A stretch of DNA of 58,256 nt, the filler included, from Platydemus manokwari (taxonomy: Eukaryota), in NCBI GenBank assembly GCA_037951405.1. It is 4 parts of 4 records of this genome, joined end to end, with 100 filler letters (N's around TTAATTAATTAA, not from the genome) between each part and the next. Parts side by side here need not be neighbours in the genome. Positions count along the whole stretch, not along the records: positions 11,483 to 25,159 come from JBBMOY011649180.1; positions 25,260 to 37,555 come from JBBMOY010206672.1; 2 more parts are not named here. One strand, given 5' to 3'. Each line of letters opens with the position of its first letter. Position 1 is the stretch's first letter. Below are positions 14,361 through 26,427 of this stretch, piece by piece. Under the pieces are notes generated by a model. That model was not told where the DNA came from. It worked only from the letters and a program-made list of their open reading frames with translations, and ran no database searches. The translations under genes and the position numbers were made by a program.

Positions 14361-15052
14361 CTGGCAATGTTATGCAGAGAGCCGATAAATATGCCATTTC
14401 ATAATCATCGATTGGTTCTACGAGTTCACGCTTGATAAATTCTGCTACATAAAAATAATTGATAAACAAAGGGCCAAGGGGATTTTTTGCCATAACATCT
14501 ATGGGAATCCTCCTTGTTAGTCTGAGATCGAAAAACTGATTTCGATCAAAATCCACAACCCTCAAATACCGGAAAGAAATGATGTCAAACAATGCCAACT
14601 TGATGACAATAATTGAATCAGAAAAAGGCAAAACTGTTTTGAAATCTGAAAATGATAAAATTTAAAATATTTCACCTCGGAAATGTGAATAAAATTAATG
14701 AAGGAAGATGAGTTTATTAATTTGTTGTGAATTTTTTCCTTTTTATTTTATTATATTTTTAATCTAATTTTCTAGTGAAGTTGGAAGGCTTTAATTTATC
14801 TTTGTAGTTTTATTAAGAATTATTGACAAGTGATAAATCATAAATAACAAAAGATCCACAATAATTTATTGTTTTTAATTAGAATTTGAATATTAATGGA
14901 TAAAAATTTTACATCAATTTTTGCACAGAATCTTTTAGTTGATAAAGTTCGTAATATCATGCAATTTGTTCCACTTTTTGGTGGAGGTTTAAAGTCATCA
15001 TTGTCTAAATATATGCCAAACATTAAAGAACCATTTGTGAATGAAAAATGAG
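14361..15052 (-). pseudogene. Nuclear receptor ligand-binding domain exons (helices 3-9), copy B
   Basis: Exon 15052-14913 ends TLSTKRFCAKID. Exon 14645-14361 reads DFKTVLPFSDSIIVIKLALFDIISFRY...PIDDYEMAYLSALCITLP, matching the LBD signature FAKxxxxFxxLxxxDQxxLLK and DDxExALLxAxxLxxPD. Splice phases of the two exons do not match and the next exon (PDEPHE*) stops early. Confidence 0.75.
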
Positions 15053-15085
15053 CTACATTATATTTCTATTATTAATAATAAGTCA

Positions 15086-15988
15086 TTAATATCTTTCCAA
15101 ATGAGTTTCGATATTTTTGAGATGAAAAATTATTTGAACAACCAAGTTTACATTCCGAAAATCTATAATTTTCATATGGCTAATACCTTTCGTGTTTGTT
15201 ATATTATTTGTAAATGACTGGAACTGGGAATATCTTTTACAGATTTTAAAGAAGATTTTAATCTGAGAGCCATTTATGTATTCATAAAAAATCTATCATA
15301 CAATTTATTTTTCCTTAATTTTTTGTGATAACAAACTATTGAAAAAGTTCGTATCTTGTATATCAGTGTTCTTCGAAAGGGGGGGGTCACGAGAAATTTC
15401 ATTTTCGACACTAACTTATATTAAGACAAAATATCGATTGAATTTTAAAGATCTGGAATTAATACTGAGACCGGCTATCATCGAAATAGAGCTAAGATTT
15501 GATATTTTATGCCAGAAAAAAATTGAACTCGTAAAGTGGGTTGCAACACAAAAAAAATGTGGAGAATACTGTTATATATGAATAATATATGATATTGAAA
15601 ATATTTTCGTGATGTAATTAACATTATTGATTTTTCTATCACAGAAAGAATATTTGACAGGAATGATTCTGATCAAATAATGATATCACAAAAATATAAC
15701 GACAATAATAATGTCAATATTTCCCTTATAAACATTCAACTGTTGTCATAAAACTGGCATTCTAGTTGATGATTTTTCTGATTCAGTAGCTTGAATTTTA
15801 ATAAATATATATATACAATCAAAATTTTAGCTGAAATGATATACATTATCAAATGATTGCATTATAGATATACATATTTATTCACAACCTGGTAATTTAT
15901 TGCAAAACGAGACAACTCGATTGGTAATTGGTTCCATTTCGTGTAAAATTACATTCCAAACACTGTTTGGATCATTATCGACCAAGAT
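15086..15988 (-). pseudogene. Nuclear receptor ligand-binding domain exons, copy A (helix 3 and probable helices 10-12)
   Basis: Exon 15988-15889 reads VWNVILHEMEPITNRVVSFCNKLP, a typical helix 3 (VVEFAKxLPG). 3' exons split by a 24-nt GT-AG intron read IFFKICKRYSQFQSFTN..NLVVQIIFHL..*. No DNA-binding domain was found. Confidence 0.6.
15364..15571 (+). mobile_element. Internally deleted hAT (Charlie/Buster-like) element
   Basis: Ends are CAGTGTTCTTC and GGAGAATACTG. The 8-bp target-site duplication matches 7/8 (TTGTATAT vs TTATATAT). The interior encodes the hATC dimerisation remnant FSTLTYIKTKYRLNFKDLELILRPAIIEIELRFDILC. Confidence 0.85.
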
Positions 15989-18900
15989 CTAGATAATTGA
16001 AATATATGGAATCATCTATTAACGAATTGAAAAATTCCATAATTAAATTTCAGATTTCCAATTATTTTATTTTCGATTTACAGTATTCATTTTTTTTATC
16101 AATTTATATGTCTTTAAATAAACATTTCAATTAACCCAAATTAAGAAAAGACTCAAGTTATCAAAGAAGATCTTTTGACCTAATTTCATAATGATGAATT
16201 TTCGTGTTTTGATAAATTTGATTTTACAACTATAGTATATTTTTAGAATTTCATTTCTTTACAAAACTTTAATTTAAGAGAAAATAATTATGGTTTGATT
16301 GGATTTCAACTGTTCTCTGTTCTTCTGATTGTAAATGACTTGGTTTAGTGAATTCTTAATAGAAGTTTAGAAGCAGCTATAGGACGTCCAATAAAAAGAT
16401 AAATGATTTATTCATCTTCAGTTAATTATTAAGTAATAAAACCAAATCTTAATTTATCGACATCTAGAAATTATGGCCTTTAGAGTTGTGACTTGAGATT
16501 TGGACTGGAAATAAAATCTATCGTGATATCGACCAATTTCTATACCAATAAATGATTTAAAATCTTTGATTTTATTGTTAGAAAAATTTCCATTATTTTG
16601 TGAGGATTGATTTGCAAATTGACCTTTTTAGCCCCACTTTTAAAATATTCATTTTTTAGAAGATTTAATAATTTGAAATAGTTGTAACATCATATTAATT
16701 ATTATATATAATTATTGATAAATTATTAACATGAGATTGACAGAGGATTTGTACGGTAACAATTTCTATCACTTTGCAATATCACCATAGGATATTTTTC
16801 CAAAATCATACTACAAAAGGTTAAATTTATAATCGGTCTACTTATTAAGGTGATAAAGTCAACTTACACCATTAATGAATATCCGTTTATTCTAGTTCAG
16901 ATCGTTTTGATTATAATTAAACTTTTCGTTATAATTAAACTGTGTCCACTAACAAAATAAAAGACATCGATGGTAAAGTAAAGAGTTGATTTTAGAATGA
17001 AGTTTAGAAAATGATTTTTGATTAATTAATTTTAGAAAGTGATGTCAATTTGACCACATTGTCAACTCATCAATGTTCTAAGAAACATTGCGATTTTTTC
17101 GAATAACATAGCACTAAAAATCAGCTCGAGGCTCCGATATAAATGGTGAATTTGACTTTTGATAGTTGTGGTGAATTCCGTTTTTTATGAATACAGTTTA
17201 GACTTTTACGCTTCTTTGGAATTGCAGTTATTGTCTCTCTTGGATTGAATGTCAGTTTTAGTCAATATGATCGAAATTCACATTTGATCGATTGTTGACC
17301 TCGATAATCTGATATTAATTAAGCAGTTATTTATTCTTTCCAAATATTTAAACTTAAAATACCTTTTGTTCCTTATTATCAGGTACTTATCCTAAAGAGA
17401 TCAATCAAACTAAATTTCGAGTTTCATCGCAGTTTTCTCGCTACAAAAATTCATCTGGTGATGTGCTTTTCTGCAAATGTGTCATTTTCACGGAACGTTT
17501 TTGTCTGTCGTTGGTTACTGATGTCAAAATTGGTATCAATATATCTTGTCACATTGATTCATTTTTTTCGCATTAAAACGCATTGGCTTATTTTCTATAT
17601 TAACTCCACGATATCGTCTATGTTATTCATTTAGCACGGGCCTTTTTTTATCACTCCAGAATAGCTCTTATTAACTATATCCATAGACTTAACTAGAGTA
17701 ATTCGTTCTTAATAAAGAACCAGACCTTTTTTTATTTGTCATACAATATAAAAAATTGCTTGATTTGGTTACTTTGAAGTTCATGCTAAACTAATATTCT
17801 TATGACTTCCCCTAGTGATATCTGCTTTTCATAAACATCTGTGATTGGTTTGTGAAACTCATATCTCTGCATTTCTCGTAGATTCATTACCAAACCGCTG
17901 ACAATTGATTAACTTTATCGTACATTGAAATTTCAGTAAATCAAAACTCGAATACGTCATTTACAACAGTTGGCTTCTTGTAATAACATAAAAAACGAGA
18001 ATTATAACTCCATTGAGTTAAAATTGATTATCTTATTCCATTTGTAACCACTATTATGCATTCTAAGTCAACCCATTGAAGAATGTTGGTCTTGGAATCA
18101 GCATGTCTTGTGTTTTCTGTGGGAAATCGGAAAATATCTTTTCTTCTTGTCAAAGCTTGACAGATCTCATTAATATTTGTGTAAAAGTACAACATGGTGC
18201 CATAAATTTTATATAACCAATAACGACTTTTAATTATCAAACAAATATCTCTGATATTATCTAAATTTTGGTAAATTTTTTCTTAGTTAAGTTTAATTGG
18301 TTTTTTTTTTTTAATTTTTCTGTGTTTAAATTGATTTAGATATTTGATTTAATTCGTTCTAATTATTTAACCAAAATATATTAGTAGTCATGGAAATGAA
18401 ATACACGTTAAACATTTTATAAAAAATAAAAAGTACAAACATAAAGACAAAACTTATACATAAAACATTTATTGTAAATAACATTACTACTGAGACATAT
18501 TTCGGCGCATATTAATTCGTCAATTGTGATGAATTGTCGGTTGATTTTTTTTATCTAAACGAGGGTTTAATGATTTTTGAATATCGCGGTCGAAATGTTA
18601 GACTATTATTTCTGTGATTTATGGCTAGTGGTTTCAGAATATTGTAATTCTACCACACCCTTACCTAAACCATATCACTATTTATACATTAATCTTATAA
18701 TTAAATTCAGAATGGGATTTTATTTTTTAAATTACAAGTTTTTCTGCGAAATAAATTGATTTCATCGACCGAATTTCTGATTTTTATAAAATTTCAACCA
18801 TATAAAATATAGAATTATTCTAAAATAATAATTATATCACATTACGTTAACATACTTGAAGGATAATTTTCTTCTCTATGTAGATTTAACAGGATTTATT

Positions 18901-19953
18901 AATACCTTTTAAAATCATCAAAATTATTTCTAAAAATAAAACGTCAAGCAACTCCGGCAAATTTTTATTATTTTAATTATATGCAGTAGAGTTTGTCTTA
19001 TCACTTGATGACGTGGATATTAAATGGAAATATCAGTTTGAACTGTTCCAACATTCAAATAGATATCATTTAATTTTTTCTAGATTTTATTAACGTGTTC
19101 GTAATTTCTAATGTGTATATTTATAGTTATAACTTCGGTGACTTTATCTTTTGAATCTGAATTATTTCTAATGCTCAAGTCTTATCAAAAATAAGACATT
19201 CATCATTATTGAAAATTATTTATAAATTTCCAATTGATAAAATGTGTTTATAAAAATGTATTTTGCTAACACTTGTTATGTTATATGTTAGTACAAGTTA
19301 AATCATTAATGCCTTTACTAACTTTTACAAACAGTTAAAATTTCACCAAAACTTTATTTAATTGAAATATTTAAACAAATGATATTTTCTTTCATTTTAA
19401 TCTTAATTAGTTCTAATATCTATTCTCAATTTTGATTTATTATTAATATTTTATGAAGTGCTTTTTCAAAGTTAATAAATTCGAAAACATTTCATAATTT
19501 TATAAAAAATTTTATAACATTAAAAAGCCACCTTCCTTAAAAATATTCGAATAAAATCTGGATATAAACCAGATATATTAACTTCTTTAATTCATTAATA
19601 TTATAAATTGTGGATTTAGAGAGTAACTATTCAATAAGCTATTGTTTTGTTATCAAATTCATATTCCAAAAATATGAAATAAAAAGTTTTACATCTATTT
19701 TTGAATTCGAAACAGATTTTTTAACTTAATCTACTTTCTTATCAGAATTAAATGAAATAAGTTGTTAAAATAAATATAAATAATGCGTGTAGCAAAATAA
19801 GAGCTTCCGAATTATAGGAATCAACCAAGTGCTTTGATTAGACAAACTCTAGTGCATATCTTGTTAATATTACCAGTACTATTCTTCGTAATAATAATTA
19901 TTATAATCTGTTATTATCATGATAATAACTATTAAATAAGTTATAAAAGATCA

Positions 19954-20255
19954 CTATCTTACATTGGGATACTTGTTGTCAAAAAAATTCTCCATTATAG
20001 GAATGGTAACAATACATGTTTCCATGTGAGCCTGTGGAATTAACTTTCGGAATTTTTTAAAGAGTACATAGTTTGGATCATTACGATCTTGCAAATGAAT
20101 GAAATTATTCATCTGGTTAAAAAGCTGATCCATTTCACTATTACTGATACGGGTAACTGGAAAAACGAGCGGGTTTAATTTGGTATCTCGAACGTCTCTC
20201 ATAGAATTGCAACTATTTATTTGACCTTCTTTGAGAATCGCTTTAGTTTCATTGT
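19954..20255 (-). CDS. Exon of an unidentified protein
   Basis: About 100 open codons in AT-rich DNA, preceded by a TTTTAG acceptor, with a possible donor near 19960. No family recognised. Confidence 0.3.
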
Positions 20256-20865
20256 ACTAAAATATAAAATAACCCATTAAAATTGATTCCAGGAATTATT
20301 AACTAAAAGGAGTTAAATTTCTTTTTTGTTAAAATAATTAATTAATTCATGACATTCTTCTTTACTCAGAATCGACCAAATGTCGCTAATTGTTTTTTTT
20401 ACAAATTTCGAATCTACGATACATTTAACAACTGAGAAATTAATTTCTTTCAATGTTTTGTCACCGTTTTTTATTTGGATTCCAACAAATAAAAGTGTAG
20501 AATAAATAAAATTAGAATTTTAACACGTATCAGCAATTGAGTATATTCTGATATAATAGTTTTGATTAATTTGATGTTGTTAGAAAAATATAAAAATATT
20601 CTCCTTAAAAAATTCTCAGTGCATGTTCACTTTAGATTTAAAACTATGGAACAAAAGTTATAAGCAATGAAAGTTAATATTGGAGTAACGAAAAGAGTTT
20701 GAAAATTATAACAAATCGAATGTAGTGATACATCAAAAAAACTAAAACCAATAATCAGTAAAAGATTAAAAAATAAACATAAAAACAAATCAAACCTTTA
20801 CGAACATTGGAAAATGTTCGGATTTCCTTAATTTAGCATTATCCAAGATGAATTATCTACCTTAA

Positions 20866-21270
20866 TTGAGCCTTGTTAAAAAAAAGCCAGGTAATATAAA
20901 AAGCAGAAACTTTAGTGAGAATAACAAAGATTTCTTGTCTGGATACATCAGAATCTTTGTTCTCGGAGAAACCGAACAAGGCCACATTAACTGGAAAATC
21001 AATAGCCTTGCAAAATCCATAAAGATAAAGACATTTATGCTATTTAACAAACTGCTCGGAGTCATAAACATACAAAATTTTTTGTACCAGTGTTAATTCT
21101 GACAAATATTCCTACAGATTCGATACAAATCGTTGATAATATCAACATATTAAGAATTGGAATTTTCGACAAGTACAAAGAATTACTCGACAAATTCAAT
21201 AGCAACCTTTGGCATAGGACTTGGAACAATAATATTGTGTGATTACGTCTCAGCACACCAGAGTACAAAT
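20866..21270 (+). mobile_element. Degenerate Gypsy protease/RT-junction remnant
   Basis: LSGYIRIFVLGETE resembles the protease flap region. KELLDKFNSNLW and GLGTI resemble the pre-RT segment. Frames are broken. Confidence 0.3.
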
Positions 21271-22782
21271 ATTAATTGAATAAAAACTTTGCGCATACGC
21301 AATTCAATGTTTCATAATTTGCAAGCAAGTTAAAATGTTTCTCAAAATTAATCAAATTTCAGTATACGTTTCTCACATAATTATGATGATGAATTCCTCA
21401 AGTAATAATTTGTGTTCATAATCAAACAGCATTATCTAAGGTATAATTGAGTTGATTTCTCAAAAATCAACTGATATCTCTTAATATTTTCTACCTTCAT
21501 TTTGCAGTAAAATTAGCCATTACTAGACTGTTTTTTAAAGGTCTAAGGTTACTTTACAGATATACACATTTTGTACAATTACTGTCATTTCAATTCATCA
21601 TTATATTTTATTGAAATCCTCGTATTGCTATTAACTTTATTAACTCGTTATATTATTAACTTTTATAATAGTAATCAACATTAGTTCTTGAGTCAACAGC
21701 AGGGTCATAAGAATATTCCACGTGTTACATTTTATGGCATCGGTATCGTGTAGTTTTAGTAGTCGTTAAGACCATATGAGCTTAAGAGAGTAGAAAGTAA
21801 AAGATTCAATTCAGACATTATTTATAATATCTTTTCAAAGAACCTTTTATGAAAACTATATCTTTCTCACAATATTATATTCAACCAAATATCCATCCCG
21901 TCAAAACATAGCGTTTCTTAATCCGAACAGTTCTTCATTTTTTTTATTTCTTCAAATATTTTTATCGTTATTCTATAACAATATAGTAGAAATTTCGAAT
22001 CATTTATGCATCAAATAAACTAAATCAAAGAAATTATAGCAAATATTCGTTTGTTTATTTATTGCAAAAAAACTCGTCAGATTCAATAAAACATTGATCG
22101 GATTAAGTTAAGAAAACGGGTCCTTTAACCTACTTTTTCGAGCATGAGGTAAATTTACAATTTAATTTTATATATAATTTTCTAAGATTAATGTAAAAAT
22201 TAATTTTATAAATAATTTTTATTTTGGATAAAAATTACATAAATTAATTATTATAAAGTGCTAAAATATATAAATGAAAAATATTTAAATTATTCAAAAG
22301 TTATTTCATATTAAATTTTCAAATAATTCACTAAAATTACAGTTTATAAAACTTTCACACTGAAAATATTTTTTAAATAATTCATTTTTAAAATTATTTT
22401 AATTGGTTTCTTTTAATTTGAATCACGATCTATCATTAAATTGATTCAAATAAATAAATCAATGGATAAATAAATAATCGATAAATCAATCAATAAAAAT
22501 GTAAATAACTTTATAAATAAGAACGATTGAATATGTCAATTAATTTAAATAAATCTAATCATTATATAAACAAATAAATTAATAAAATAATAATAAATTA
22601 AATTATTTAATGAATTAACTTAATTAATAAAACTCTAATTGACAGAATAAAAAAATAAATGGCAAAAAAACCATTATTTATATTTACATTGTTCCATTTT
22701 ATCATTTTTTTAATATATGACGTCACAAACCACTCTTCATTGCGTTTTAACTCGGATAGTTTTATGTTTCTTTACTTTTACA

Positions 22783-24765
22783 TTAATGATTTTTGTTTCT
22801 TTCAGAGTGGTAAATAATTTTTCTAGCACAGCTAAATTGACCCAATATTTAGACAACAACATGAAAAGCTCGAATGTTTATAATCCAGTAATCCAGAAGA
22901 CGAAACTTACTTTATTGGGATAGATTTGATTGGTTTGTCTTCTTCATCATTATTTCCATCATTGCAAAGAGAATTATTAGGAGATATATTCAGATCTATT
23001 TTTTCAATGGTTATAAACGATTTGTACTGAGGCAAACGTTCACATAGGTTATTCAGATCTGCTTCAGAAATGACTGGTAAAACTGGTCTCGTTGATTGAA
23101 GAAGAGGAGCACCAAGCTATATTTGATATAAAGGACAAAATACAAACAAAGCTCAAATATCATATTATAATGTGGAAATCAAATCAAATAACAAGTCACA
23201 AAAATGGTCACAGCTAAGAAATAAGTGATAGAGCAAGTAAATCGAATAAAGGTGATTTTTAATCCACGGGTTTGAATTTGAAGCCATGTCCGGTGTATGT
23301 GATCGAGATTATAAATGATGTAACCGGGATCGTCTAATTTCTAATTGGAAATTGTTACGTAATGAGTCGACCGATGTGTTAAAATATTAATTAATAATAA
23401 ATGAAAATAATCATATAAATCAATAATTGAGTATAATAATAGCTATACTGATTTATAATCCATATCAGATCGAAACAAAAGATTTTCACTCGAAATCGAA
23501 AAGAAATCGCTAAAATTTCTGCTATTAATAAGGAAATATTTTTCGGGGTTCTTCAATGTTTCTAAAACACCAGTAAATTATCGATTATTAAAATTCACTT
23601 CAATAAGACAATAAAAAAATCAATAAATAAAATTTTCCCAAACTTACTTTTGGTAATGAAAACGAATAAAGTGAATTGAAAAGACTCTGCACAAAATGGT
23701 TTTCTAAAAATTCCAAAAATAATAAACATCAAACACGTCACACTATTAACACCGCCACCTACCAAGATCCTGTTCCAATTGCATTCGTGCCTCATGATCT
23801 TTTCGTCGAATTTCCTGTGCCAATTTTGAACATTGGATTCCCCATTTGTACCAGAAATCGAGATAATGTTGTCGACGAGCAATTTCCGTTACACCTTTGG
23901 CATATACCAATGGTGCCGTTTGCATCTGATCAAGTACCCGTAATCCGGTGCGAACACGTTTCATTTTTTCCTTGACGAGAAACAATGAATCGTCGACTTC
24001 ACAGATTTTCGTTTGGAATTTCTGTAACCAGCTGAATTCAGAAAATCTATGAAATTTAAACTGGGAAAAATCTTTTCCACTTTTTCCTCGAATCAATATT
24101 TGTAGTGAGGTCAGTTTTGCTGCGTTCCACTTTGCTGAGATGTTCTCTCAACTGTGTATATTGTTTATTCACATTCTCTAATTGACTCCTGACACTGTCG
24201 CAATGGTCTATTAGAACCGTATATCCTCCAGAATCTCTGCATTGTCTATAAACCATTGATTTTTATTTATATATCTGCCCAAATCCAAACAATAATCACA
24301 CACCTTACAGTGTGTTCCATGTATTCTTTATGTGTTTGTATTAAAGATATCAATTTTTCACTCTGTTCACGAAGTCCTGTCAAATAATCCAAACGTTTTA
24401 GAAATTCTTTCGTACTGGTGTGTGTCTCTTTTTCCACAACCCGTTCGACTTCCTCGATATCTTCATCGACGATTGATTGCATCGGTTTACCCTGTTCGAT
24501 CAATGCTCGTCCGAGTTCAATATTTCTAACTTGAAATTAGAAAAACAATCGTTGATAATTTTCGATATTACTTGTATGCAGTTGCTACAAGACCCATTTT
24601 ACTCCATAGTTCTTTTAAATTATCGATCGATGATGGATTTTCTTCTGAAATGCCCAATAATTCATTATATGCTTCATGGGCCTCTAATATTAGAGACTGT
24701 ACTGTAACTTGTGGACGCGTTCGACTGTCTTGTGAAAGTACCCATTGAAGTAAGTTTCCTGGATG
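22783..24765 (-). CDS. RB1CC1: RB1CC1/FIP200 (Atg11/Atg17 family) autophagy scaffold, Atg17-like region; partial, multi-exon
   Basis: Exons splice in frame through GT-AG introns: NLLQWVLSQD..VQSLILEA; SKTDLTTNIDSRKNWLQ; LRVLDQMQTAPLVYAKGVTEIARRQHYLDFWYKW (compare human VKIVEALSTVPQMYCLAVVEVVRRKMFIKHYREW); NHFVQSLF; LPVISEADLNNL. The 5' exons are absent from this contig and the 3' end is uncertain. Confidence 0.85.
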
Positions 24766-24809
24766 CTAAAAATAAATTACGATAATATATTATAACTAGA
24801 TGATGATGA

Positions 24810-25135
24810 TCATTCCGTGTAGGATATTATTAAATAATTGCATTTTCGTATTTCTAATAATTTCTAATAGTTTTCACATCTTGGGTTACTAAATTTATAA
24901 TAAGCTCTAACATATCTTTTTTCCCATTGGTAATGATATTCCTCTTCGTATTCCTTGTTCACACATTGCATACATTGTTTGACCAGGAAATAATTATAAT
25001 TCAATATTTGTTTCTTTTATTCCTGGTTCCTATGTTAAAGATGGGGCAGAAACATAATTAGCTGGATCTAAATTTCTTTCATTAATATTAGGTTGTCCCA
25101 TATGAAATGTCCGATTTTTATATATTGAACTTTAA
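24810..25135 (-). mobile_element. Protein-primed family-B DNA polymerase fragment (Polinton/Maverick/adintovirus-like)
   Basis: LDPANYVSAPSLT*EPGIKETNIEL*LFPGQTMYAMCEQGIRRGIS...NNILHGM matches the consensus LDPAHYYTAPGLSW..TxxELELLTDxxMxxxxExGIRGGIS...DxNNLYGxAM. Contains stops. Confidence 0.8.
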
Positions 25136-25159
25136 ATCAAAATTTTTTAAAAACTACTT

Positions 25160-25259
25160 NNNNNNNNNNNNNNNNNNNNNNNNNNNNNNNNNNNNNNNNN
25201 NNNTTAATTAATTAANNNNNNNNNNNNNNNNNNNNNNNNNNNNNNNNNNNNNNNNNNNN
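25160..25259. other. Artificial contig spacer
   Basis: 44 N, TTAATTAATTAA, 44 N. Confidence 0.97.
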
Positions 25260-25961
25260 ATGTGTATTCTGTGTAGTTATGCCCTTTTTTCCCGATTGTA
25301 ATTTGCTAGCTAGCTTCGCTGTAATTGGCCGATTGGCATGCCTGTATGTTCGTGTAGGCATGTAAATGTTCAAAGTGCCAAAACATGGGTTCCAAGGTGT
25401 AATTTCGTTTTTCTTTTTGCAGAATTTCATCTCACTCAACATATCTCCCTCCTCCAGAAGATTTTGTCCTCAAAATCTTAGAAGTTGACTATTCTTTTAT
25501 GTTCGATTAAAATGGTGCTGGCAACCAGAATATTACTACAACAATTTATTCATGCCATTGTCGAATTTACCGATATTCTTGAATAAAACAGTATCTTGTA
25601 TTAATATGTTTGCTTTCATTTATTCACTCAATTATGTAAATAAATATATAAATATTATGACTATGATAAGGATTAGTTCGTATCTAATCAGTGACGAAAT
25701 AAATCAATTTGTAAACGAAATATATAAGGTTTCAGATTTAAAGAATAAGTATTTATCTTGCTCAAACTATCACTGTAACCTCTCAAAATATGTGTTAAAA
25801 AAATTCATTTAAAATATGCAAAACTCAAACGTCAACATTCTAAATAATAATCTGTGATTCCTCTTTTTTGTTATTGATTAATTAAATTTATTTAGTTTAC
25901 AAAGTTGTATAATAACTAAAAATTTTTTTTGCCATTAATTTCATCATTTTCAATAATTTAT

Positions 25962-26253
25962 GGCAGCTGAGTTCCTTTTGTTTCAGCTCATCTGCCGACA
26001 GTTCCTTGAACAATTCATATCAGCCTCCGGCAGCTGAATTTTTCAGCTCAGCTTTGGATATTGTTTACTTTTTAATTATTCATGGCAGCTGAGCCTATAG
26101 TCTATTCCCGCGCTCAGCTGCCGACATTATTTTCTTTTTAATTATTCATGGCAGCTGAGCCTACAGTTTATTCCCGCACTCAGCTGCCGACATTATTTTT
26201 TTTAATTATTAATGGCAGCTGAGCCTACTATGATCAGTTGCCGACTATATAAG
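25962..26253. repeat. Array of five hairpin units GGCAGCTGAG..CTCAGCTGCC (period about 55-67 bp), followed by TATATAAG
   Basis: Stems start at 25962, 26029, 26084, 26150 and 26214. Unit 3 has a perfect 11-bp stem (26084-26094 with 26112-26122). There are seven CAGCTG E-boxes. Confidence 0.9.
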
Positions 26254-26427
26254 ATAACCAGTTATTAAACTATATTATTCTGAAAATGTTTTCCTTCTAA
26301 ATTGCGTCTCAATGAATTCCGATCTTAAATTTAAATTGATAATAATTTTTTTAGGGTAATTTTTGATTTAAAATTTTTTTTTGAAAATTATGATAATTTC
26401 AGACAGAATACTTTGAAATGGTTGTAA

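Noticed and set aside
17050-18270. Nuclear-receptor C4 zinc finger (CYVIRKNRN; TC*FQ..SMG) or Tc1 PIEECWS motif
   Set aside because: The cysteine spacing and P-box cannot be reconstructed, and the Tc1 match lacks the preceding YSPxLN.
25962-26253. CRISPR array next to a nuclease
   Set aside because: The context is eukaryotic, there are no cas genes, and the loops and linkers are related to each other rather than unique spacers.
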